DNA of 64,000 bases from NCBI GenBank assembly GCA_052246995.1, contig JBQPWD010000003.1:32001-96000 (forward strand), in the 5' to 3' direction. Every line of letters begins with the position of its first letter. Positions within the stretch are counted from its first letter, which is position 1. Position numbers and translations under genes: made by a program. The notes under the pieces were generated by a model. It had not been told where the DNA came from, ran no database searches, and worked only from the letters and a program-made list of their open reading frames with translations. Positions 50,494 to 58,873 of this stretch are shown piece by piece. This DNA is from Candidatus Bathyarchaeota archaeon. Its GTDB lineage: Archaea; Thermoproteota; Bathyarchaeia; Hecatellales; Hecatellaceae.

Positions 50494-51642
50494 GTGGTCA
50501 GAAAGTGGAGACTTGTTATAACCAGAACTAACGTGGCTAAATGGTATGGCGGCTGGGCAATTTCAGGAATTAGAGCTATGAATGAGGGTAAAATTCCAGA
50601 TACGATATCAGTTTTCTACATTGATGAACCTGGAGTTTTTATTCAACGTTATTGTGATGTTCTTATGGATGTAAATTACGAGGAATGTAAAAAACTTAAC
50701 ATTCCAATTGCAAGAGGAATTGCTGCGGGAGGAGGGGTTATTTACGCTGAACCTGGAGTTGAACCTTTTATTGGATTAAACTGGAATCCTAAACGTAACC
50801 CTCAAATTCCAACCAGTCCTGAGCTTTTCTTTATGAGGATGCTTGGTAGGGCTGCGGATGTTATAAGTGAAAGGTATAAGATACCGTTAAGGTATAGGCC
50901 GTTAAATGATATGGAAGTTTGGGATCCTAATCTTAAAGCTTGGAGAAAAGTTATGGGTACCGGTACAACAACCGTTGGTGAATGTGCTGCTTTTGCATGG
51001 TTTCCAACATTCTTTAAACCAAGTGGATTGATGAACAGAATTTTGGTTTCACCTAAAGATAAATTTTCTGATAAAGTTTTTAAAGAAGCTTCCCTCAGAA
51101 CTTGGAATTTTGAGGAAGCAGGAGCATTTAGAGAAAGACCTAGTAGAGACGAGGTTGTAAAAGACTGGATAGACATTACATTAAAGGTTGTAAAAGATGT
51201 TTTTAACATTGAAGTTGAACATGGAGAATTTACTGAGGAAGAAATTATGTATGCTGAGGAAGCCTTTAAAATGTTTTCATCAGAAGAAAACTTGTTTTCA
51301 AGGTCAGCCGAAAAAAGGTTTTCAAAGATTCCTGAGGGAACAAGTTTAGGAAAATACTCAGTTAAGGTTACTGCTGGACCCTTAATCAGAGTTTACGTTT
51401 TAAGGCGAGGAGATATTGTTGAGGATATAATGTTTACTGGAACCATGCATATGTACCCTGCAGATGCTTTGGAGGAGTTGGAAAAGGATCTTAAAGGATG
51501 CAAAACAGATGAAACCATAATTAGAAACAAGGTTAATGAGTTGTTTACAAGAAAAAATGTAATTATAGGTATGGGAAGCGCTGAACTTGTGGCTGAAAGC
51601 ATAATAAAAGCATGTAAAGAAAGCTATAAACCGCAAACTTAA
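50494..51642 (+). CDS. Lipoate-protein ligase family (LplA catalytic + LplB-like C-terminal domain)
   Basis: IARGIAAGGGVIY, RPLND…RKVMGTG (Lys), KFSDK, C-terminal FTG…YP-DAL. Confidence 0.78.
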   Translation: MVRKWRLVITRTNVAKWYGGWAISGIRAMNEGKIPDTISVFYIDEPGVFIQRYCDVLMDVNYEECKKLNIPIARGIAAGGGVIYAEPGVEPFIGLNWNPKRNPQIPTSPELFFMRMLGRAADVISERYKIPLRYRPLNDMEVWDPNLKAWRKVMGTGTTTVGECAAFAWFPTFFKPSGLMNRILVSPKDKFSDKVFKEASLRTWNFEEAGAFRERPSRDEVVKDWIDITLKVVKDVFNIEVEHGEFTEEEIMYAEEAFKMFSSEENLFSRSAEKRFSKIPEGTSLGKYSVKVTAGPLIRVYVLRRGDIVEDIMFTGTMHMYPADALEELEKDLKGCKTDETIIRNKVNELFTRKNVIIGMGSAELVAESIIKACKESYKPQT

Positions 51643-51644
51643 AA

Positions 51645-52880
51645 TTAAACTTTTTTAATTTTATGAAAAGTCTCAGGTAAAAGGAAAGCCACAATCGTTA
51701 AACCAAAAATTGGTGCAATACTCATTACCGTAAAAAGGGTTATCCAACTGTTGGTTACTGTAAGAATGAAGCTTATAAGCATTGGAGAAAAAACTGCGCC
51801 AAGCTCACTGAATGATTGAACAAAGCCCATGGCTCCTCCTCTAATAGACGGATCTGATGCATCTGCAGCTACAGCGTAGGCTAAAGGACCGTAAATACCT
51901 GCACCAGAACCACTTATAAGGGCTGTTAAAAACGTGGTTGTTAAAACTGTAAACTCATCACTACCAACCCATCTTAAGGAAAAACATCCAATGGCTGTTA
52001 AACTTAAACCTAAACCTATAGCAACTCTTCTACCGACTTTATCTGAAAGCCTACCGCCAAGTAGTGCAACTAAACCGTAAATTATGTAAAATATTCCGGG
52101 AAAGATGCCAATAAAAAATGTTGCCACCCCAATTTCCCTTAAAAATATTGGAACCCAGAAAAGGTATAATATAAGCATAAACCAGTAAACCATGTTTATT
52201 AAAAGACAGGAGAAAATTACACGATTCTTAATTAAGGATTTATAACTTTTAACAGTAACTAAAACTTTCCTTTTACCAGTTAAATCTTCAGTTATAGTGT
52301 TTGTAGACGAAGAATACTTAACAGCAACTTTCTTGGTTTCATTTATAAAGAAAAGCCCTATTAAGCATGAAACAAAATATATTACAGCAGCAAAATAAAA
52401 TGTTATAAAATAGCCTAGAACAGATAAAACTAGGCCTGAGATAAGTGAGCCCATCCCAAGACCAAGCAAACCTATGCCTCTGGCTGTTCCCATATATTCT
52501 CCAGCTTTCTCGACTGGAGCAACATCATAACTCATGGTTGTAAGTGATACTATAATAAAAGAGTAGCCAGCACCTGTCAAACCAACCCAAACAACAATAA
52601 AAATCCAGGGCTCATGTAAGAGTGGGATTAAAACTAAGCCTACAGCTGAGAGTAGTGGGCCTAACACTGTACATGGTTTCCGGCCAACTTTGTCGACAAA
52701 TCTGCCAACAAAAATGCTTGTTGGAACTCTAGCAATGTATGGTATCGTAGTAAGAATACCTATAACGGCGTAAGTTAAACCTATAACCCTGTACCAGACA
52801 GCAATAACAGGTATATATAAACTTCCTAGAAGAAAAGTAAAGTACCAAAGGCAAATTATAGGCCAAACATTTTTATCCAA
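51645..52880 (-). CDS. MFS transporter
   Basis: About 12 TM segments; motif A twice (GRFVDKVGRK, GRLSDKVGRR). Confidence 0.92.
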   Translation of the reverse strand: MDKNVWPIICLWYFTFLLGSLYIPVIAVWYRVIGLTYAVIGILTTIPYIARVPTSIFVGRFVDKVGRKPCTVLGPLLSAVGLVLIPLLHEPWIFIVVWVGLTGAGYSFIIVSLTTMSYDVAPVEKAGEYMGTARGIGLLGLGMGSLISGLVLSVLGYFITFYFAAVIYFVSCLIGLFFINETKKVAVKYSSSTNTITEDLTGKRKVLVTVKSYKSLIKNRVIFSCLLINMVYWFMLILYLFWVPIFLREIGVATFFIGIFPGIFYIIYGLVALLGGRLSDKVGRRVAIGLGLSLTAIGCFSLRWVGSDEFTVLTTTFLTALISGSGAGIYGPLAYAVAADASDPSIRGGAMGFVQSFSELGAVFSPMLISFILTVTNSWITLFTVMSIAPIFGLTIVAFLLPETFHKIKKV

Positions 52881-52915
52881 AGCTTAAACCTAAATTTAGG
52901 TAGTTAGGTTAAAGC

Positions 52916-53317
52916 CTACTTTAAAGGTACGTACATCGAACTTCTACTTGCACCAACACCTGGAGCACCATGGTCAACTTTTTTACAAGTCATCGAAAAT
53001 TCTCCTAGAAGATGTCCTATCATTTCAGGTTTAACGGTTACATGTATAAAATCCTTTCCACTATGCACAGCAAAGGTTGCCCCAACCATTTCAGGCAAAA
53101 TAAGCATATCTCTACAGTGAGTTTTAATTACAGTTTTTTCAAGCAAACCCTTCTCTCTAAGCTTCCTAATTCTCTCTAAAATTTTTCTATGTTCTATAGG
53201 AAGACCTCTAAGCATTTTTCTTCTAGCCTTTGATGGTAAAAGCGTTACGAATTCATCCATAGGCATTTGAAGAAGCTCCTTTAGCGGGTATCCCCTATAT
53301 GTAAACTCCTTAACCAT
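52916..53317 (-). CDS. rps19: 30S ribosomal protein S19 (uS19)
   Basis: FTYRG, KTHCRDM-ILPEMVG, MIGH-LGEF, GASRSS-YVPLK. Confidence 0.97.
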   Translation of the reverse strand: MVKEFTYRGYPLKELLQMPMDEFVTLLPSKARRKMLRGLPIEHRKILERIRKLREKGLLEKTVIKTHCRDMLILPEMVGATFAVHSGKDFIHVTVKPEMIGHLLGEFSMTCKKVDHGAPGVGASRSSMYVPLK

Positions 53318-53358
53318 TCTTGGATAACACCCACCTACACTAAAATACTAGCAAATAT

Positions 53359-54831
53359 TTAAGTATTGAAGCACTTAAGATTTTTCTCTAAAAATTCATG
53401 ATATTCTATAAATTTTGCAAGGGCTTTGGCGGCTTTCTCGATATTTGGATATACAGGTATTCCTGTTCCTATATATTCGTCTTTAATCTTTCTCCGAGTT
53501 TTTTCAGCATTTAACATTTCAAGTTCCAAAGGTGTTTCGTAAAGAACAAGGATAATAGGTTTTTTTACATTTTTCTTTACGTAAATGGGTGCTTTAAGAG
53601 TTTTTTTAATAAAATCCTTATTCACAAAAGTTTTTTCGCTGTAAAAGAGTGGAAGATGCCAAACTAAAACAATTAAAACATCTATTTGAGGATCTAAAGC
53701 AGCAATCTTTAAGATTTCTTGATAGGCTTTAGGTGGAGTGAAAGGTGAGCCTAAATCTACAGGATTTCTCAGGGAAACCCCTACAGGTTGAGCAAGCATC
53801 CTAATTTTTTCCACGTTTTCAGGCTGAAACTCTGGAATCCTGAGTCCATAATTTTCGCAAACATCAGCAGATGCAACAGCCATGCCACCACCAACACAAA
53901 CAATACCAACATTCCTGCCACAAGGCTTAGAAAACAACTGAAAAATTAGGGAAATATTCACAAGGTCCTCAAAACTTTCAGCTTTTATAGCTCCACTTTG
54001 CTTAAAAAACGCATTCCACACCTCCTTTTTTCCGGCTACAGCACCTGTATGGCTTTTAGCGGCTTTTTCTCCAGCATCTGTAAGTCCACCTTTCCATATT
54101 ATTACTGGTTTAACTTTAGCAGCCTCCTTAACAAGCTTCATAAAACGTTTACTATCCTTGATACTTTCAATGTACATAGCAATAATCCTTGTTTCATAGT
54201 CATTAATGAGGTACTCAAGAAGATCTGATTCATTAATATCCAAAGCATTACCGTAGCTTACAACCTTGCTAAACCTTAAACCTAAACTTTTACCGTGAAG
54301 GCAAAATCTTTCAGCTAAACCCCCACTTTGAGAAATAAGCGCAACATTTCCACTTTCCCTTGGAAAATTTGCTCCAGGTAAAAGAGTTAAACCTCCACTT
54401 GGACAGTATATGCCAAAACAGTTAGGTCCAACAAGCCTTGTAAAGCTGCCTTTAATTATTTTAAGAAGTTCCTCCTCAAGTTTTTTACACTCCTCAAGTC
54501 CGGTTTCACTAAAACCTGAAGAAAAAATAACAACAAAGTTAACCTTCTTATCTACGCAGTCTACAACAACTTCGGGAACAAGTTTAGCTGGAACACTTAT
54601 AAATGCAACATCAACATTTTCAGGTATTTCTTTAACGCTTCTGTAACACTTTAAACCTAAAATTTCTGGGGCTGTAGGGTTAATAGGGTAAATTTTACCT
54701 TTAAAACCAAAACTAAGAAGAGCATCCAAATATCTGGAGCCGAATTTTTGAGGTTTAGCTGAAACTCCAACAACCGCAACAGATCGAGGGTAAAAAAGAC
54801 TATCAAGGAAGGTTTGGTTGCTAGACATCAA
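53359..54831 (-). CDS. ADP-forming acyl-CoA ligase alpha subunit
   Basis: PRSVAVVG, GPNCFG, SQSGG, SHTGAVAG, NPVDL. Confidence 0.92.
   Translation of the reverse strand: MMSSNQTFLDSLFYPRSVAVVGVSAKPQKFGSRYLDALLSFGFKGKIYPINPTAPEILGLKCYRSVKEIPENVDVAFISVPAKLVPEVVVDCVDKKVNFVVIFSSGFSETGLEECKKLEEELLKIIKGSFTRLVGPNCFGIYCPSGGLTLLPGANFPRESGNVALISQSGGLAERFCLHGKSLGLRFSKVVSYGNALDINESDLLEYLINDYETRIIAMYIESIKDSKRFMKLVKEAAKVKPVIIWKGGLTDAGEKAAKSHTGAVAGKKEVWNAFFKQSGAIKAESFEDLVNISLIFQLFSKPCGRNVGIVCVGGGMAVASADVCENYGLRIPEFQPENVEKIRMLAQPVGVSLRNPVDLGSPFTPPKAYQEILKIAALDPQIDVLIVLVWHLPLFYSEKTFVNKDFIKKTLKAPIYVKKNVKKPIILVLYETPLELEMLNAEKTRRKIKDEYIGTGIPVYPNIEKAAKALAKFIEYHEFLEKNLKCFNT
54611..54708 (-). repeat. 98-bp inverted repeat, copy 1 (identical to 59018-59115)
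   Basis: Reverse complement matches 59018-59115 base for base; encodes GFKGKIYPINPTAPEILGLKCYRSVKEIPENVD. Confidence 0.9.
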
Positions 54832-54928
54832 TTAAACCTCAATTAAACGGTAAAGACTGTTGTTTATCAATTAGATAGAAAATTAACTAAAAAAATAAAA
54901 AGTTAATTAGGGTTGATTGACTTTTTTT

Positions 54929-55720
54929 TTATCTTCCCTTAAACTCAGGTTTTCTTTTTTCAAGAAATGCTTTAGCACCTTCTCTTGCGTCTTCAGAAAC
55001 AGCCATCACCGCAAATAGGTCAACATCTCTTTCCAGCGCTAACTCTATATCTGGCGCAAAACCACGGTTTATAGCTTCCTTTATAAGTTTAATAGCTAAC
55101 GGACTTTTACTTTTAAGCTTGTTTGCCATTTCTATTACCGCCGCCTCAAGTTTTTCTGGTGGAACAACCTTGTTAACCAAGCCTAGTCTTTCAGCCTCGG
55201 TTGCAGGAATCATGTCTCCTGTAAAGGCTAGTTCTTTTGCCTTGTGAATTCCAACAATTTTTGCAAGTCTGGACATTCCACCCCATCCTGGAAGAACACC
55301 AACATTAATTTCAGGTTGACCAAACAATGCTTTTTCACTTGCAATTATAATATCGCATGCCATTGCAAGTTCACATCCACCACCAAGAGCAAGACCGTTA
55401 ACAGCTGCAATTACAGGTTTTCCAAGTTTTTCAATACGTAAAATAACTTTTTCAATACTTTCCCTTAAAAACTCTTTAGCATCTGCAGGTGTTTTCATCT
55501 CTAAAAATCTTGAAATGTCTGCTCCAGCACTAAAAGCTCTATCACCAGCACCAGTAATGACAACAACCTTCACATTAGCATCTTTTTCAGCTTCATTTAA
55601 AGCCGAGTTTAACTCTAAGATGATGTCCGCGTTGATAGCGTTTAAAACTTTAGGTCTGTTTAAGGTTATCTTCATAATATTATCCTTTTTTTCAACCATT
55701 ATCGCCTTGTAGCTGTCCAC
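54929..55720 (-). CDS. Enoyl-CoA hydratase (crotonase)
   Basis: LNRPKVLNA, AFSAGAD, GGGCELAMACD, FGQPEI, AFLEKRKPEFKG. Likely start GTG 55720 after a G-rich SD. Confidence 0.93.
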   Translation of the reverse strand: MDSYKAIMVEKKDNIMKITLNRPKVLNAINADIILELNSALNEAEKDANVKVVVITGAGDRAFSAGADISRFLEMKTPADAKEFLRESIEKVILRIEKLGKPVIAAVNGLALGGGCELAMACDIIIASEKALFGQPEINVGVLPGWGGMSRLAKIVGIHKAKELAFTGDMIPATEAERLGLVNKVVPPEKLEAAVIEMANKLKSKSPLAIKLIKEAINRGFAPDIELALERDVDLFAVMAVSEDAREGAKAFLEKRKPEFKGR

Positions 55721-55930
55721 CTTAACACCCCCTAAAATAATTATCTTCACATATTTTACTTATAAAATATGGTGTTAATACTCCATTAATTGTTTGGGTT
55801 GTTGTACTTTTCGGCGGCCTGCATAAAACCTAATTTTTACACATTAAATGCGGCATCGATGTTTTCAGCAAGGGAAGATAAAAAGTTTTATAAAGCTTAT
55901 CATTTAAAAGTTTTTAGGAGGTAAAAGTTT

Positions 55931-56311
55931 ATGGTTAAATTTTTCACTTTAGAGTTTTTTAAGCAAATATCTGAAAATGTCAATAAAAACCCTGATTTTG
56001 AAATTGGTATAGGAGATTTTGACGGAACAATAATCTTAGCTGCAAAAGACCTTGGAAAATCCTTCCTTATAGAGATTAAAAGAGGAAAAATTAGAAGCAT
56101 AAAAGAGGTAGAACCACACGAGAAATCAGATTTTAAGCTTGAAGGAAACTATGAAAACTGGGTTAAAGTTGGTAAAGGTGAACTTATGGTTAGAGATGCA
56201 ATCCTAACAGGTGCTTTAAGCTTAACAGGAAGTCTTGTAGGTTTGGCTATGTACTCTGGAGGGTTTGGAGTGTTGCTTCAAACAATGGCTTCAACACCAA
56301 AAGAATTTTAA
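55931..56311 (+). CDS. SCP2 sterol/lipid-binding domain protein
   Basis: FFT-EF N-terminus, DFKLEGNYENW…G-L…AILTGAL-L-G pattern. Confidence 0.78.
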   Translation: MVKFFTLEFFKQISENVNKNPDFEIGIGDFDGTIILAAKDLGKSFLIEIKRGKIRSIKEVEPHEKSDFKLEGNYENWVKVGKGELMVRDAILTGALSLTGSLVGLAMYSGGFGVLLQTMASTPKEF

Positions 56312-56372
56312 AATAAAACTTTAACCCTTATAAGTAGCTCATAAACAATATCATTCAAACAAATTGTCTAGA

Positions 56373-56448
56373 AGCCCGGTGGTGTAGCGGCCAAGCATAG
56401 CGGGCTTTGGACCCGCTGACGGGAGTTCGAATCTCCCCCGGGCTACCA
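56373..56448 (+). tRNA. tRNA-Gln(UUG)
   Basis: AGCCCGG/CCGGGCT acceptor stem, CT-TTG-GA loop, GTTCGAATC, encoded CCA. Confidence 0.96.
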
Positions 56449-56522
56449 CTTTTCACCAACGTTGCAGCCAAAAACTGCTTATGACGTTTTCCCAGCTTTA
56501 CCCTAAAAGAAAAGTTATCTTT

Positions 56523-56816
56523 TTATCCTCCATGAGATACTGGTATAAACGTTACTTCATCCCCATCTTTTATGCTTGTTTCAAGCCCGTTTAAAACTCC
56601 TATTTCAACATCGTTTTTAAGAATGAGAATGCCTGGTCTAAGTTTGCCACCTTGAAGTTCTAAAGTTCTGTCTGCAAATTTTTTACCATAGATTTCTATC
56701 AAGGTTTGAATTAGATTTGAAATTGTTTGACTACTTTCTGAATTTAAATTTATGCATATTTTTTCTACTCCTGTTAAATTTTTAAATGGGCCTATGAATT
56801 TTACTGTTACCTTCAA
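56523..56816 (-). CDS. Ubiquitin-like sulfur carrier (MoaD/SAMP/Urm1-like)
   Basis: Beta-grasp pattern, RPGILIL-ND, DGDEVTFIP, C-terminal HGG. Confidence 0.9.
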   Translation of the reverse strand: MKVTVKFIGPFKNLTGVEKICINLNSESSQTISNLIQTLIEIYGKKFADRTLELQGGKLRPGILILKNDVEIGVLNGLETSIKDGDEVTFIPVSHGG

Positions 56817-56818
56817 TT

Positions 56819-57022
56819 TTAGTCAGCCTCAACAATTTTACATTTAACTTTTTCTAGGATACCTTTAACGTCAGCTTCACTAGCTTTTAAAGTGTAAAGC
56901 TGTTTTTTTGTTCTAAGCTTAAGTTTAACAATGTTGTTTTTCTTAACCTTCTTAACAATACAGTACTCAGCTTTTTCAGATAAACCTATGAATTCATTAA
57001 CATCCCTAACTTCTTTAGGCAT
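56819..57022 (-). CDS. rpl38e: 50S ribosomal protein L38e-like
   Basis: MPKEV-D–EF, VKLKLRT––LYTLK. Confidence 0.82.
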   Translation of the reverse strand: MPKEVRDVNEFIGLSEKAEYCIVKKVKKNNIVKLKLRTKKQLYTLKASEADVKGILEKVKCKIVEAD

Positions 57023-57080
57023 ATTTCAACCCTAGTTTAAAGGTTTAGTATTACTAGTTACACAACATTTAACCTTAGAT

Positions 57081-57647
57081 TTAAAGGTTAACATCTAATC
57101 CCCAGCGTTTAAATCCTTTAGGAGTTAAATCAAAAAACCCTAGAATTTTCCCAACCATTTGTTCTACAAGCTCGTCAATAGTTTTAGGTTTATGATAAAA
57201 TGGGGGGGATAAAGGTGCAATAATTACACCAATTCTAGCAAGCTTTAACATGTTATTGAGATGTATTGGAGATAAGGGTGTCTCTCTTGGGGCTAAAACA
57301 AGTTTACGTTTTTCCTTAATCATGACTTCAGCAGCTCTACTAATAAGGTTATGAGAAAAACCGTTAGCAATATCCGCCAAAGTTTTTGTGCTACATGGAA
57401 TAACGATCATGCCTGAAGCTGGAAAAGAGCCGCTTGTTAATGGTGCAGATAAATCTTCAACATCATAAGTAGTATACGCTAACTTTTTAACGCTTTCCAC
57501 GTTTAAGCCTGTTTCATGTGGAATAATTTTTTCAGCCCACCTGCTAATTATCAGATGTACCTCAACATTAATCTCCTTTAAAAACCGAAGTAGCTTTACA
57601 CCATAAATGACTCCAGAAGCTCCTGATAATGCAACAATTAGACGCAT
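57081..57647 (-). CDS. ubiX: Flavin prenyltransferase
   Basis: SGASG, SGSF, PCS-KTL, RAAEV–KE-RKL, RETP. Confidence 0.94.
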   Translation of the reverse strand: MRLIVALSGASGVIYGVKLLRFLKEINVEVHLIISRWAEKIIPHETGLNVESVKKLAYTTYDVEDLSAPLTSGSFPASGMIVIPCSTKTLADIANGFSHNLISRAAEVMIKEKRKLVLAPRETPLSPIHLNNMLKLARIGVIIAPLSPPFYHKPKTIDELVEQMVGKILGFFDLTPKGFKRWGLDVNL

Positions 57648-57806
57648 AAATTAAACCCCTATGTTTCACGAGGAATTTAATAAAGCAAAAATATTTATGA
57701 GTATTTCAACTAAAAAATTTAGTCATAAATCGCATAAATTGCATCAATTAAACCGTTTTATTGCAGAGTGGTAGGAAAGGAAAATTAAAAAATAGTGGGG
57801 TGGTAA

Positions 57807-58835
57807 ATGATTGTTATAAGGTTTGGCTTTGAATTAACACCTTACCCGGATAAAAGTCCTTCAATAGCTAAAAAAGTTGAGGATGCTGGCTTTGACTCTA
57901 TTTGGCTAAGCGACCATTTTTTACCGTGGTCCCATAAGGCTGGTTCAAGATTTCCATTTTCAAATGTTACGTGCTTAACGCATCTCCCCCTATTCCTTTA
58001 TGCAACATCAAAATGTAAGGCTGGTTCAGGAGTAATATGCCCATTATTTAGATATCATCCAGCAATCATAGCGCAGTATTTTGCTCAATTAGACTTCCTT
58101 TTCCCAAATAGGGTTATACTGGGTGTTGGTTCAGGTGAGGCTGTAAATGAACTTCCATTTGGGTATTTCCCCCCAGTAAAAGAAAGGCATGAAAGACTAG
58201 TAGAAGCTGTTAGGCTTATAAGAATGCTTTGGGAAAAGGAGGACTATTTTACATTTGAAGGAAAATACTATCAACTTAAGGATGCCATGCTTTACCTTAA
58301 ACCTCAGGGAAAAATTAAGGTTATTGTTTCCGCAGCTGGACCTAAAGCATCAAAACTTGCAGGAAAAATTGGAGATGGAGTTATTTTTCTTACAGGCACG
58401 CCCAGCGAAGTTGAAAGCATCTTACTACCAAGCTTTAAGAAGGGTGTTAAAGAAGCTGGAAAAAATTATGAAGACTGTGAAAGAATTTTGTATTATGCTG
58501 TTGGTGTTGTTGAAAACCCTAAACTTATGCCAAGAGTTTTAAGAGCTATGAGAAGAAACATTGTTTGGGCTTCTCTTGAAGCTCATAAACAACCAAACCC
58601 TAAAAGTGTTGACATGGTTGCTGAAAAACTTGATGAAAAATTTGTTATGGAAAGAGGATGTTTTGTTGAAAAAGTTGATGAGCTTATAGATAGGCTTGAA
58701 AAGTATGTTAAAGTAGGGATAAACTATTTTGTCCTGATAGATTTTACATCCATTTTTAAAGGATTATTCAACGAAGTTGCAGATATTTGGCCTAAAAAAG
58801 TTTTCCCCTACTTCAATGAAAACTATAGGGAGTAA
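57807..58835 (+). CDS. LLM-class, probably F420-dependent oxidoreductase (FGD-like)
   Basis: AGFDSIWLSDHFLPW, RYHPAIIAQ, GVGSGEAVNE, AAGP. Confidence 0.85.
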   Translation: MIVIRFGFELTPYPDKSPSIAKKVEDAGFDSIWLSDHFLPWSHKAGSRFPFSNVTCLTHLPLFLYATSKCKAGSGVICPLFRYHPAIIAQYFAQLDFLFPNRVILGVGSGEAVNELPFGYFPPVKERHERLVEAVRLIRMLWEKEDYFTFEGKYYQLKDAMLYLKPQGKIKVIVSAAGPKASKLAGKIGDGVIFLTGTPSEVESILLPSFKKGVKEAGKNYEDCERILYYAVGVVENPKLMPRVLRAMRRNIVWASLEAHKQPNPKSVDMVAEKLDEKFVMERGCFVEKVDELIDRLEKYVKVGINYFVLIDFTSIFKGLFNEVADIWPKKVFPYFNENYRE

Positions 58836-58873
58836 GTGATAACTTTTTTTCTTTTAAACTGTAAGAATAAATT

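Noticed and set aside
57049-57057. Approximate AGTATTAC-type aCcr1-box-like sequence upstream of rpl38e
   Set aside because: A short AT-rich motif expected by chance; the binding specificity of this RHH protein is unknown.
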